Notes: a model not told the origin generated them from the sequence alone. A stretch of 40,216 bases of DNA from Fibrobacteria bacterium (GCA_041746255.1 JBGTHM010000118.1:1-40216); one strand, 5' to 3'; numbered from the stretch's first letter, positions 9,337-19,445 are shown. Numbers and translations: made by a program.

Positions 9337-10134
9337 CTAACCGGGGGGCACAGTTCGCCTGGACGCGATTTTTTGGGGTAGTATTTGCAAATGGGACCGC
9401 AAGTTCCGGTTCAATCGGGGCTCTAACGACTTATCCAAATCAACCCCACGCATTTCCTCCTTATATCTCACCACCCACTCCGGACGCCCTGATACCACGT
9501 TCCAAAGCACAAGGTGGAAGCTGTAGGAAAGGTTTCCCACATGCCGATTGCGGCTCTTGGGCTTTACATGCGCCTCTACCTGCATGGGTAACATCAAGTG
9601 GGACGCCCCGAGAAGGGCCCCTAAAGCCCTAAGCTTGGCTGCAGCCGAATCGGGGACCTTTCCCCCTTCGGGTAGGTAATGCCAAGGTTGCGCGTATCCA
9701 GCGAACCATTCCTGGAAGGGAAGCTGCAAACCGTCGAGGAAGGGCATCAACTCGAATTCCTGGGTTTCCAAAGCTTCGTGGTGGGGTGCAATAAGTGTGG
9801 CTTTGGGAACCAGCGCCGAACCGCTGAACAGAGTATCGACCATATTCACCAAATAGTTTTCTAAAAAAAACTCGAACCCATTGGGTGAGAGTCGATGGCA
9901 AGAATCGCAAGGAATGGTTTCACTGTAACTCTTCATATGAAAAGGCATTACAGCAATTTGAAACTGTTCTGCCTGAGCTGAAACCGGTCTCGCCTTGGCG
10001 ACTGGGATTCCCGTCACCAACAATTGTTTATCGCCGAATATTACGGTGTGAATACTGACATCCGCCGCGCGGCTTTCCGTGTACGCACCCCATCCCAAAC
10101 CCAGAATAATTAAGGAGATTTTTCGCATCGACAC
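9337..10134 (-). CDS. Hypothetical exported protein containing a single CxxCH motif
   Basis: N-terminal signal-like segment (alternative ATG at 10128); CDSCH encoded at 9895-9909. Confidence 0.65.
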   Translation of the reverse strand: MSMRKISLIILGLGWGAYTESRAADVSIHTVIFGDKQLLVTGIPVAKARPVSAQAEQFQIAVMPFHMKSYSETIPCDSCHRLSPNGFEFFLENYLVNMVDTLFSGSALVPKATLIAPHHEALETQEFELMPFLDGLQLPFQEWFAGYAQPWHYLPEGGKVPDSAAAKLRALGALLGASHLMLPMQVEAHVKPKSRNRHVGNLSYSFHLVLWNVVSGRPEWVVRYKEEMRGVDLDKSLEPRLNRNLRSHLQILPQKIASRRTVPPG

Positions 10135-10220
10135 CTTCTTGTGAATCCTTACAGGAAAGTATCAAATGGAATCCACCTCGGCACGTCAACCCGACAAACC
10201 ATCCCGGGGTCTGCCGCAAA

Positions 10221-12011
10221 TCAACCCGTGGCCATTAAATTAAGCGGCTGGATTTCCGGTGCGGGCGGGTTACGAAATGCCCGGAGGCTACGGTTGAGGC
10301 GCTGGAAAATAGCGAAGGCCTCGCCCTTGGTCGACATTTTCTGGTAAAAGAGCTTCCGCACCTCATCCAGCGGCAGGTAGCCTTTTTTAACGGCATAGAA
10401 GGCTTTGTTTCCCAGGATATACCCCAGCTGCGTGCTTAGCCTACGCGAAGTCGCCTCGTCCAGAAAACAAGCCCTGAACTTGCGCCGATAGGCGGCCTCA
10501 TCCTGTACGGTACGGTCCAGGTGCAGATGCTGAAGCATGAGCCGGGCCACATCCGTGGTTTCGCGGTCTCCGTCCCCCCGAAAGCCCTGGCGAACTTGCC
10601 CGAGGTATTGCCGCAAAGCCGATTCGGTCGGCGCTTTGCGCTTTTCGTTGATGAGTTTGGAACCGAAAAAGCCCAGCATTTCCACGATTAGGTTGGCGTA
10701 AAAGGCGTCGAAGCCATGCGCTTGCGGACCCGTTCTTCCCCGCAAAACGCAGTTCATAAAGTGCGCCGCCTCCTCAGCCGCCATATCGAGATTGGAATGC
10801 GGTAAGTAAATGAGATAGGACACTTCTACCCCGACCTGATATTCCAGCAAAAAGGCTTCATCGCGTTTGATTTTATCCTTGATGCGCCCCCAACTCCCCT
10901 TGAGCTCAGGCGAACTCTGCACCACGTCGGATAAGTTCAATTGCCGGGAGGAATAGACACTCAATTGATGGAGTGATTCCATGGGGAAATTAAATCGCAT
11001 TAAACTATCGAGGTCGCGTACGATGTTTTGCACATTGCGGAGATAATTCTCGCCGGATAACTCGGCCCAGCCCCCTTTTACGGGCGGAGGCCCTTCTTCC
11101 GAACATTCCAACCAATGCAGGTAGGATTGCAATTTGTCGGCCGGCACGGTATTCATCAAACAATAACTGTCGCCGGAAATTTGTAATACTCCCGCCTCTT
11201 CCAGTCCCGCTTCGGCCAGCTTCCAATACAGGTATTCCGAATTCTGGTAAATGATGAGGCGTTTGGGATTCAGTCCCAGTGGCTGCAAGCGGGCCTGGAC
11301 TTCGCGTGGAAGGTGCCGGGGGCAAATGTGAAAGTCCCCATCCACGACATAAAGCAGCGCCCCGGGGTTGCGAATCAGGGCTTTTCCAATAATCTGGGCG
11401 GAATAAATATCCCGCTCGGCCAGCATACGCCCATCGTCTTCCATTTGGGAATTAATGCCTAACACCCGGATCCGATGCTTTCGGCAAAATTGCAGGATAT
11501 CGCGCCAGGGATTCCAGTTATAACTCCATTTGCGGGCATAATCGATTTTTTTCAGGAAGGCCTTCTCCTCCAGGCTTCCGTCTAAATACTGATCCACGAA
11601 ACGCTGATCCGCCCCGTGGAAGAGCTCCAGGCAAAGCACCACCTCGCGCTTTTCGACAATCTCCTGCAATACCGCGAGCACGGACCGTTGCGATTGCCAC
11701 AGGGTATGGTAATCGCCGTGATAGACAATGTCGCTGCCGAGAATGCGCTTAATCAAATCGGACTTGTTCGAAACTCCCTCATAACGACGTAAGGCACGGG
11801 TATATTCGGCCCCATAGGCTTTCAATTCGGGACTGGTGACCAGGCTTTGCCGGACCAGATTGGCGCTTTTGCGGTAATTTTTTTTCTGAATCGCTATGAT
11901 TTGGCGGCGTAGCAAGGAAACCGCTCGAGAAGGTTTCTTCTCTCCGGAACTGGCAAAGCTATTTGCCCCAATGGGCATGCGAATGGTCTTTTTCATGGCC
12001 GGGCGTTCCAC
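10221..12011 (-). CDS. ChaN/EreA-like (TIKI superfamily) domain protein with long C-terminal extension
   Basis: IVYHGDYHT, LCLELF..DQ..VDQYL.G.L.E..FL, VLGIN, ERD and VVDGDFH motifs. AGGAGG upstream (alternative ATG 11996). Confidence 0.7.
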   Translation of the reverse strand: MERPAMKKTIRMPIGANSFASSGEKKPSRAVSLLRRQIIAIQKKNYRKSANLVRQSLVTSPELKAYGAEYTRALRRYEGVSNKSDLIKRILGSDIVYHGDYHTLWQSQRSVLAVLQEIVEKREVVLCLELFHGADQRFVDQYLDGSLEEKAFLKKIDYARKWSYNWNPWRDILQFCRKHRIRVLGINSQMEDDGRMLAERDIYSAQIIGKALIRNPGALLYVVDGDFHICPRHLPREVQARLQPLGLNPKRLIIYQNSEYLYWKLAEAGLEEAGVLQISGDSYCLMNTVPADKLQSYLHWLECSEEGPPPVKGGWAELSGENYLRNVQNIVRDLDSLMRFNFPMESLHQLSVYSSRQLNLSDVVQSSPELKGSWGRIKDKIKRDEAFLLEYQVGVEVSYLIYLPHSNLDMAAEEAAHFMNCVLRGRTGPQAHGFDAFYANLIVEMLGFFGSKLINEKRKAPTESALRQYLGQVRQGFRGDGDRETTDVARLMLQHLHLDRTVQDEAAYRRKFRACFLDEATSRRLSTQLGYILGNKAFYAVKKGYLPLDEVRKLFYQKMSTKGEAFAIFQRLNRSLRAFRNPPAPEIQPLNLMATG

Positions 12012-12137
12012 CGGGAAGCAATCCCCTCCTTGCTATATATATATTACCGCCCTGGCAGAGAAAGCTTGCAAGCATCTCGATTTGCCTGAAATCCAGGAGG
12101 AGGCTAAATTTGCGGAATTTTAAGGAGAATCGCGACA

Positions 12138-13241
12138 ATGGGCTTTAAATGTGGAATCGTCGGATTACCCAATGTCGGAAAATCCACCATTTTCAACGCA
12201 TTGACCAATGCCGGCGCCGAGGCCGCCAATTTCCCGTTTTGCACCAAGGAACCCAATGTGGGAATGGTTGCCGTGCCCGATCCGCGCATGCAAGCCCTGG
12301 TGAAGGTGCATAAGCCGAAAAAGGAAACTCCCGCCGTCATGCAATTCGTGGATATAGCGGGACTGGTGCAAGGGGCCTCTCAGGGAGAAGGCCTGGGTAA
12401 TCAATTCTTGTCGCATATTCGGGAAACAGACGCCATTATGCATGTGGTCCGTTGCTTCGAGAATATCGACGTAACCCATGTGGCCGGAAGCGTGGATCCG
12501 CTCCGCGATGCCGAGATCATCAATATGGAATTGGTTTTACGCGACATGGATACGGTGGAAAAAAAGCTGCAAAAGGATAGGAAAATCGCTACTTCTCTGG
12601 CCAAAGAGGCTAAAGAAGCCAAGGTTCGCGTTGTCGCCCTGGAAAAGCTTAAGGCCGCCTTCGACGAAGCCCGCGCCGGCCGATCGGCGGGCCTGACCCC
12701 CGAAGAAGAGGCCTCCATCAAAGACCTGGGACTGCTCACCTTGAAACCCATGTTCTATTGCGCCAATATCCGCGAGGATGAAATCCATTCCGGCAACCCC
12801 CTGCTCGCCAAATTACAGGAATATGGCAAGGCGCAGGGCTGCGACGTGGTGGCCATCAGCGGTAAGATTGAAAGCGAGTTGTCCGAGCTCCCTCCCGAAG
12901 AAAAGGCCGCCTTTTTGGAAGAATTGGATTTACGGGAAAGCGGACTCGACCAAGTTATTCGCAAGGGCTATGACTTGCTGGGCCTGCAAACCTATTTCAC
13001 CGCCGGAGAGCAGGAGGTGCGTGCCTGGACCATTCCCAAGGAATGCAAGGCGCCCCAAGCCGCCGGAGTCATCCACAGCGACTTCGAGCGCGGATTCATC
13101 CGGGCCGAAACCCTGGCCTTCGCGGATTTCGTGAAATATGGCACCTGGCAGGCAGCCAAGGAAAAAGGCGCGGTTCGCACCGAAGGACAAGAATACCGTG
13201 TCCAGGACGGCGATATCATGCATTTCCTGTTTAATGTCTGA
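12138..13241 (+). CDS. ychF: Redox-regulated ATPase YchF (Obg family)
   Basis: [89 protein letters not shown]. Confidence 0.97.
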   Translation: MGFKCGIVGLPNVGKSTIFNALTNAGAEAANFPFCTKEPNVGMVAVPDPRMQALVKVHKPKKETPAVMQFVDIAGLVQGASQGEGLGNQFLSHIRETDAIMHVVRCFENIDVTHVAGSVDPLRDAEIINMELVLRDMDTVEKKLQKDRKIATSLAKEAKEAKVRVVALEKLKAAFDEARAGRSAGLTPEEEASIKDLGLLTLKPMFYCANIREDEIHSGNPLLAKLQEYGKAQGCDVVAISGKIESELSELPPEEKAAFLEELDLRESGLDQVIRKGYDLLGLQTYFTAGEQEVRAWTIPKECKAPQAAGVIHSDFERGFIRAETLAFADFVKYGTWQAAKEKGAVRTEGQEYRVQDGDIMHFLFNV

Positions 13242-13399
13242 TCTTCTGCTGAACAAGACAAAAGGACATCCGAATGGCATGAGGATGAGGTTACCACCAG
13301 GCCGAAGTTTTTTTATTTGTTTATAAGCCTTCGGGGATTCGCATATGCCGCTTTATGAGGCGGTATCTGCGCTTCGCTCCGGAAATAAGGAGGATTCGG

Positions 13400-14002
13400 A
13401 TGGATGATGAAGACTTTTTCGAGATGACCATCGAAAATATTTCCGTAAGCAATTTAGGCTTCATTGTTTTCCTGAAAAAAGAGGGCGATGCCCGTGTCCT
13501 CCCGATATTCATCGGCGCGAACGAAGCCCACTCCATCGCCATCGCTTTCAATAACCAGGAGGCTCCCCGCCCCCTGACACATGATTTGATGAAGAATATC
13601 CTCACTGTAGTGGGCTGCGAAGTGACCAAGGTGCAAGTGACTTCCTTGGAGGAAAACACCTTTTACGGACGGATTTTTCTGGAGAAAGAAGGCATCGAGA
13701 GCTTCGACGTCGACTCCCGGCCTTCCGACGCCATCGCTTTGGCCCTACGCTATGAAATCCCCATTTTCGTACATTCCGATGTTTTCGAAAGCGCTTCGCT
13801 GCTCTTGAAAGAACAAGGGGAAGAAACGGATTCCGACTCGGAAGAATCAAGTGGAGAAACGGAGGTCGAGGAAGCGCCGCGTCGGCCGCAAACCCCCATC
13901 AACCGCATTCAAGAGCGTCTGCAAGCGGCCATCAAGGAAGAGAAATACGAAGTCGCCGCCAAACTTCGGGATGAATTGAAACGACTGCAACAGGAAAATT
14001 AG
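13400..14002 (+). CDS. Bifunctional nuclease family protein (DUF151) with C-terminal UVR motif
   Basis: LPIFIG..EA, RPLTHDL, DSRPSDAIALA and AAIKEEKYEVAAKLRDE. AAGGAGG precedes ATG 13400 (ORF track start 13355). Confidence 0.92.
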   Translation: MDDEDFFEMTIENISVSNLGFIVFLKKEGDARVLPIFIGANEAHSIAIAFNNQEAPRPLTHDLMKNILTVVGCEVTKVQVTSLEENTFYGRIFLEKEGIESFDVDSRPSDAIALALRYEIPIFVHSDVFESASLLLKEQGEETDSDSEESSGETEVEEAPRRPQTPINRIQERLQAAIKEEKYEVAAKLRDELKRLQQEN

Positions 14003-14021
14003 TCTCAGGCCGCAACCCATT

Positions 14022-14972
14022 TTAACGCTTCTGGTTCTCGAACAGTTTTTTAAAAACCTCGTCGGGATTGTCCAGCGGATTTTTGTCCGCCAATGGTGGT
14101 TGGCCGGGAGGTGACGAGTCGGGACTCGGATACCAAAGGTAGACGGCCGTACCGACTCCTGCGGCCGCGAAGACCGCTAATCCGCTCCACACTCGACCGG
14201 ACGTCCAAAAAGACGATTTCTTTTCGAATAAACGGGCTTTCTCGACCTCGGATGGTTTTACGATATTCGCCCGCTCCGATTGAACTTTCGCGGCGGGCTT
14301 GGGATCGGCCATGTTGAGCTCCACTATGGTATGCAGAGCCGTTTCCATGGCAGTTACTTCCCCATCGGGCATAATCATACCCGAGGCGCCTTTGAAAAGA
14401 GAGTTGCGAATTAACACCTGTTCGGAAAAAGCCGTAAGCGGTGTTGGCGCCCCTACGATAATCGAAAATTCCATTCTCAGGCTACCGCCGGGAGCAACCT
14501 CGATTCCCGACCACATTTTCTGTCCGGGTTCATACGCCCTTTTGAATCGGTCCAAGGTATCAACCGAAGCGGAAATGTAAACCGAAGCGTCCTTATTACC
14601 CTTGAGTAACAATCGCCCTTCCACTTTAATGGTGCTGTTCAAGGAAGGGTTTTTGAAAAACAGCATAGTGTTGGGATGCACGGTGGTGACAGTCCCTTTG
14701 GGCACTACCATGGTATCGCAGGGCATGCTGAACAGCTCGCGGTGAACCCCGTCCTTAATGCCAATTTCCGCGGGAAGCCGGTTATGGCGGCCGGAGGCAT
14801 CCGAGCAATCGACGGAAAGATTCAGGATATAGGCATTAAAATCCGGAACTGTGGAATTGGAAATCGGCTTTCGAGGTACACCGCCTTGCCCCGTGCCGCT
14901 TTGGGACGATTGGGCATAACCTCCGGATGCTACCGCGAGGAGGAAACATAAAGGCAGAAAAAAATTCTTCAT
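14022..14972 (-). CDS. Hypothetical exported protein with short beta-helix-like segment and C-terminal membrane anchor
   Basis: Signal peptide; VPKGTVTTVHPNT...IKVEGRL..KG....V...WSGIEV pattern; hydrophobic VWSGLAVFAAAGVGTAVYLW near the C-terminus. ATGA overlap with the upstream gene. Confidence 0.7.
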   Translation of the reverse strand: MKNFFLPLCFLLAVASGGYAQSSQSGTGQGGVPRKPISNSTVPDFNAYILNLSVDCSDASGRHNRLPAEIGIKDGVHRELFSMPCDTMVVPKGTVTTVHPNTMLFFKNPSLNSTIKVEGRLLLKGNKDASVYISASVDTLDRFKRAYEPGQKMWSGIEVAPGGSLRMEFSIIVGAPTPLTAFSEQVLIRNSLFKGASGMIMPDGEVTAMETALHTIVELNMADPKPAAKVQSERANIVKPSEVEKARLFEKKSSFWTSGRVWSGLAVFAAAGVGTAVYLWYPSPDSSPPGQPPLADKNPLDNPDEVFKKLFENQKR

Positions 14973-17900
14973 GGCGCCACCGTCAATTTTCGTCCCTGAG
15001 AAAAACGTCCCTTAGCCGTAGAGATATCCAGGCGATAGAAATACAGTCCGGGAGACCATCCGGGATTGGTCAATTCGATTTCATGCCGACCTATGTTCAG
15101 CGAGGGTAGCGACTGGGTATGGATAATTTTTCCATGCAAATTGAAAACGCTCAAGCTGGCGGAATGAATCATGCCCAACCCCGTCGGGAAATCGAAGGCG
15201 ATTCGCGTAAAGTTGCGGAAGGGATTGGGATGATTCTGCATCACCCGAAACGACTTCGGCAGCGATTGCACCAATGCCTGGGTTTCTTGATCCAAAAAGG
15301 CGGTGGTTCCGCCCAACAGGATAAATTGGTTTTCTCCTTGTATGACTTCCACATGATTCAGGTCCGTGCCTGTATAAACCTTTCCGGTTTGCAAGGAGAC
15401 CAATCCATGCCGAATTCCCTCCGTTCCCTTCAGGCTATTGAGGTCTTCCATTGCGAACGATACATTTCCGGAATGCGGTGAAAATAGGGTCAGGTTTTCA
15501 CGAATCGTGGCAAGTGATTTGACTTGCAATGCCATCGCGTTTCCGCCGGGGCCCACTCCCATGCGCATGGATCCGGGCAGGGCTGGAAGCCCGGGTAGCC
15601 AGCGCCCCCCGCCCGCCGTAAAAAGGCGGATGGAGGTCTCCTGAGCTTGGGAGCGAACTCGAATTCGAAGAGCCGGTGTGACCGCAGATTTTTTCCCGAG
15701 GGCCAGATGCGCGAAGGGATTGAACTCCAATTTTTCGCCGGTTTCCTGATAAACGACATATCCCTCGAAAAGTTTAAGGGAATCTCCCTCCTCAACCCGA
15801 GACCAGCTGTAGACACCAGGCTGATCAATGCCGTCGTTGGGAGTATCAACTTTCAGCCGATAGAAAAGGGGCATTCCAGAAGCATGGTCGGTTTTAACCG
15901 AAGCTAAAGGCAGAATGAACGGAAAGGGGTTGCCGATAAATTTCCAACCTGAGGATTCGGAAACCCGGGTAATGGACTCGAATTTTGATGGTGTGTTGCT
16001 TTGGGGATTGAAACGGAATTTATGCTCGCGCGTGGAGACGAAGAGAAATGCATCGCTGGGTTTGACCGTCGTCTGGGTCGCAGAGATTTTATCCAATTGA
16101 CTCGTTTCACCTGAGCCCGATACCAGGGTTCGTGTGGTATAGAAAGTCGTGGTATCCTTGATTCCCTCCGGTTTTGGGGTATGGGGAGTAATTATTTCAG
16201 AAAGTTTTCCCCCGTACGGGAAAGAAATCAATCCCAGGGAGAACTGAGGGGGAGGTATAGCCTTGTCGAGCATGGTTTCCGCCTTCAGGTTAAGGCCCTC
16301 AACGCCGATAAACGGTCCCGGATTCCCGTAAAGCCTTTCCTCACTTTCAAAATAGTGGATTCGATAGGCATAGACATGGGAGGAGTCCCAAGGTAATTCG
16401 ATCGGAGTTCCTATGTCCCTTATGGGAGAGAGCCGAGGCTCGGCTTCGCCGTTGGGCCCATTGGCACGTAATTCGATTCGATAGCCAACGATTGGCTGTT
16501 GCGTTGCCCCCGGAGTCAATTCGGCTGAAAATGTAAGGAGGTCTTTCGAAGCCACAACACTGTCTTTCACGAAGGTGGAAGGAGGAGCCAGTTTTTCCAC
16601 GACTACGAATTTTTCCTGATTGGATTTGAGTTTCACATAAAATTGAGGGGCGAGGAAACCAAACTCCGATGATTGCATCTCCTGCCAGGTGGTTCCTGCG
16701 AGAGCGAAAACCGTGACGGAATCTGGAATAACATCGGTATTGAGTGGAATGTTGATCCGGTAATTCGGGATATCGTTAAGGTCAACCGTTTCAATGTGAC
16801 GCCCCTCCAAAAAGCGGGTATTTACGGCACCGGGCAAACCAGACAGGATTTCCGAGGATAGCGGGGTCAGGCTCAGCCTTCCGGAAGTGCTGGAGGTAAA
16901 ACCCTGTACCACTAACCCGTCCACAGTACGTGAGGTCACGGTTTCGCCCTGTAATATATTGTTCCAAACGGCGAATACCAATTTTCGTTCGCCGCCTTCC
17001 ATGGGAACCTTGATTTGGAATTGCCCTGCGGTGTCGATCGTATGTTCGGCGAGAACGGGAGCATTATTGACCACCCAAAGGGGTTGGTGGAATTGGGTGA
17101 CTGTTGAGGAAGTATCCTGATCTGGTTTGATGGTGACTGTAATGGCATCCGAGGGCTGGTTACCCTTCCAGGTTAGCTTGACTGGCCAAAGGGGTCGACC
17201 GAAAACTTCCGGTAAAGCGGTTACGGTGGCGTCCAACTGCAATTGAAATCCTGCCACAGACGAGGCGGAAACCTCTCCGCCGGAATAGGCCAGTTTCGCG
17301 CCTCCGGCCGGTACCGAAAGAATTTCGACCAACTGGGCGCGCATTTTCCTCAGGGAGGGTGAATTGCTTTTATAGGATTCGGCCTCCCGGGTAGCGCGCA
17401 CAAGCTTATTGTGGGACTGAATCCACCAAAATACCTGGTTTGTGTCTAGGGCCTCCCGCTTAGGTTTTGAGCCGAAGGTCATGGTGAGGGTCGTGTCTAT
17501 TTTCGCGGAAGTGATAAAGGCGAGGCGTCCATCGAGGTTACGCATTTCCGGCCGTAATTCACTTTGCCGCACAGAATCATCGAGTACCATGGTCTGGCCG
17601 GCCTCCCATACCCGTCCGAAACTCAAAATATCCGTATCAGATAATTGCAGGGTAATGGGACGGATGTTGTGGCCCCTCGAGGTATTGCCTCGAAAGGTGG
17701 GAACAAAAAACCGGGCGGAAGCGGAATCGTTGCGAAAGACCATTTTCTCGGATACCCAGTCAACCTCGGTCTGTTTATGGTATGCGGTACTGGTCGCGGA
17801 CAACAACACACCCTTTTCGAAAGGGACAGCTATGGTATTGGAATCGTCCGTTTGTTTTTTAGGATTCAATGTTAATGTAGAGATGTTAAAAGAGCCTTCG

Positions 17901-19075
17901 ATGACCCAGCCGGTATCCTTGGAAGCCAGCCGCAAATTCTTGTCATACGAAGTTTCCGAAAAGTTCGGAAAGCCCTTTTCGACATTAAGGTACCTGGGTA
18001 TCTTAGCCGCCGCGAACCCTAGCACCAATGAATCATTGTCCACTCGAAATACATAGTTGGTCGAGTCGGGCATAACATTATATGCCGGAACCCTCTTGTC
18101 CGGCCCGTTGCCATGGCCCTGGAGAGTGAGTTCGGTCTCGGCCCAGTTCCACAACTCTTCGACCTTATTGAAAGCAGGAACCGTACCGTTCATGCTACCC
18201 CCGAAACGCCCTGAATCGGGATATTCAAACCCCGCCCACTCCGGAAAACGACGGTTTCCGGTAGCGGTCTGTTTGGAGAAATTACGGAAATCCCCGAAAA
18301 TCAGTGGAAATCGATCCCCGCCGCCCAAAACCACAGGAGGGAATCCGAAAAGGTTATAAGTTACGCTGAAGTCGCCGGTTTCGGCGCCATCAATTATTAC
18401 ACGGGTGCGGTTAAAAGTATTGTTGGCAAGTGAAGTCTCCTTGCGGCCCACCAAGCCGATAAATCCTGGAAAGTGAATATTATTGTTATGCAGTGAAATA
18501 TCGTCTCCGGTTAGTCGTATCACTTCGATATCGGATACTGACAAAGGGGCAACGAAATAATTCCGTTTCATTTCAATTTTGCGGATGTCTCCCCGTCGAG
18601 CTTCCCATGTTAAAATGGGCTTCGCGAATGTGGCGCCAAATACAAAGCAATCCGCTAAAACCAAGCTGGAATTACTACCCCGCTCCAAGGCCGTTCCCGT
18701 GGGAAATCCATCAATCAGCATGGCGCTTGAACCTTTTAATTCAAAAGCCAACCCTCTTAAGATGATGGTTCCCGCATGGTGTTGGAAGGAGAAGAGAGTT
18801 CCCGAAACTTCGATAACCGCCGCGCTTTCACTGTCCCGTTCAAAAATCAGGGTATCGCGAGTAAGGTTGGCCGAAAGGTGAAATTGACCTATTCCGGAAT
18901 ACTCCTTGAAGCGAATGTGATGAGTTTTGGGGGATTCAACCGAAAGTGGAATATTCTGCGCGATATTGTTCAGAGTATTGTTACTGGTTACATAGAAGGT
19001 ATCCGCCTCCGCCACTCCAGGCAGAAGGAGAGCGAAAACCAGGAAAATGGGCAAAATCGAGAGTCGTATCCGCAT
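14969..19075 (-). CDS. Large secreted protein (~1370 aa) with T9SS type A-like sorting domain
   Basis: Signal peptide from ATG 19075 (ORF track start 19135); Asn-rich beta-helix-like N-terminal region; GWKFIGNPFP motif; C-terminal QNHPNPF...VFNLHGK...SPGLYFYRL...KL. Confidence 0.8.
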   Translation of the reverse strand: MRIRLSILPIFLVFALLLPGVAEADTFYVTSNNTLNNIAQNIPLSVESPKTHHIRFKEYSGIGQFHLSANLTRDTLIFERDSESAAVIEVSGTLFSFQHHAGTIILRGLAFELKGSSAMLIDGFPTGTALERGSNSSLVLADCFVFGATFAKPILTWEARRGDIRKIEMKRNYFVAPLSVSDIEVIRLTGDDISLHNNNIHFPGFIGLVGRKETSLANNTFNRTRVIIDGAETGDFSVTYNLFGFPPVVLGGGDRFPLIFGDFRNFSKQTATGNRRFPEWAGFEYPDSGRFGGSMNGTVPAFNKVEELWNWAETELTLQGHGNGPDKRVPAYNVMPDSTNYVFRVDNDSLVLGFAAAKIPRYLNVEKGFPNFSETSYDKNLRLASKDTGWVIEGSFNISTLTLNPKKQTDDSNTIAVPFEKGVLLSATSTAYHKQTEVDWVSEKMVFRNDSASARFFVPTFRGNTSRGHNIRPITLQLSDTDILSFGRVWEAGQTMVLDDSVRQSELRPEMRNLDGRLAFITSAKIDTTLTMTFGSKPKREALDTNQVFWWIQSHNKLVRATREAESYKSNSPSLRKMRAQLVEILSVPAGGAKLAYSGGEVSASSVAGFQLQLDATVTALPEVFGRPLWPVKLTWKGNQPSDAITVTIKPDQDTSSTVTQFHQPLWVVNNAPVLAEHTIDTAGQFQIKVPMEGGERKLVFAVWNNILQGETVTSRTVDGLVVQGFTSSTSGRLSLTPLSSEILSGLPGAVNTRFLEGRHIETVDLNDIPNYRINIPLNTDVIPDSVTVFALAGTTWQEMQSSEFGFLAPQFYVKLKSNQEKFVVVEKLAPPSTFVKDSVVASKDLLTFSAELTPGATQQPIVGYRIELRANGPNGEAEPRLSPIRDIGTPIELPWDSSHVYAYRIHYFESEERLYGNPGPFIGVEGLNLKAETMLDKAIPPPQFSLGLISFPYGGKLSEIITPHTPKPEGIKDTTTFYTTRTLVSGSGETSQLDKISATQTTVKPSDAFLFVSTREHKFRFNPQSNTPSKFESITRVSESSGWKFIGNPFPFILPLASVKTDHASGMPLFYRLKVDTPNDGIDQPGVYSWSRVEEGDSLKLFEGYVVYQETGEKLEFNPFAHLALGKKSAVTPALRIRVRSQAQETSIRLFTAGGGRWLPGLPALPGSMRMGVGPGGNAMALQVKSLATIRENLTLFSPHSGNVSFAMEDLNSLKGTEGIRHGLVSLQTGKVYTGTDLNHVEVIQGENQFILLGGTTAFLDQETQALVQSLPKSFRVMQNHPNPFRNFTRIAFDFPTGLGMIHSASLSVFNLHGKIIHTQSLPSLNIGRHEIELTNPGWSPGLYFYRLDISTAKGRFSQGRKLTVAP

Positions 19076-19144
19076 TATAAGATTATCGGAGCGCGTCCTT
19101 TTTATCCGCCTATGGGCCGGAGAGGCAAGCTTCAAGGTGATTCC

Positions 19145-19352
19145 AGGTTAGGTAGGTAGAGAGAACCCAACCATGCAAAATGAATAATTTCTTGACTATA
19201 TGCAAGGACTGACCCCAGGCAGCTAATGCACTTGGAAGGACTCCGGTTTGGACACATGGCACCCCCAAGAGGGCGGCGACCCCCGAAAGGGAGTCGCCGC
19301 ATGCTGGATTAGTCCGTAAATACCCGCGCAACGGATCCTAATCGAGGGATTC
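19145..19352. ncRNA. Candidate structured RNA of unassigned family (5' leader or sRNA)
   Basis: Consecutive hairpins at 19146-19172, 19273-19300 (12-bp stem, 4-nt loop) and 19307-19343 in a GC-rich island beside AT-rich DNA. No known family recognised. Confidence 0.3.
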
Positions 19353-19445
19353 AAAAGATAAGCAGAGACTTGGTAAACCCGCAAGGCACTTATTCAAAGA
19401 ATTTAATGTTCCCGGTTACCTCTACAAACTCAAATAACAGTAGAT

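Noticed and set aside
13241..13399. Terminator or RNA element between ychF and the DUF151 gene
   Set aside because: There is a T run and short stems (CATCC/GGATG, CCGAAG/CTTCGG), but no strong stem directly before the T tract.
19110..19331. 73-aa ORF in the structured intergenic region
   Set aside because: TTG start without an RBS and no protein-like motifs; the hairpins explain the sequence better.
19261..19390. c-di-GMP-I riboswitch, RNase P RNA, 6S RNA or tmRNA
   Set aside because: Only superficial matches (CGAAAG loop; GGTAAACCC). The GGCAAA/GACGCAAA, GAGGAAAGTCC and tRNA-like hallmarks and long end-to-end pairing were not found. An Rfam scan would be decisive.
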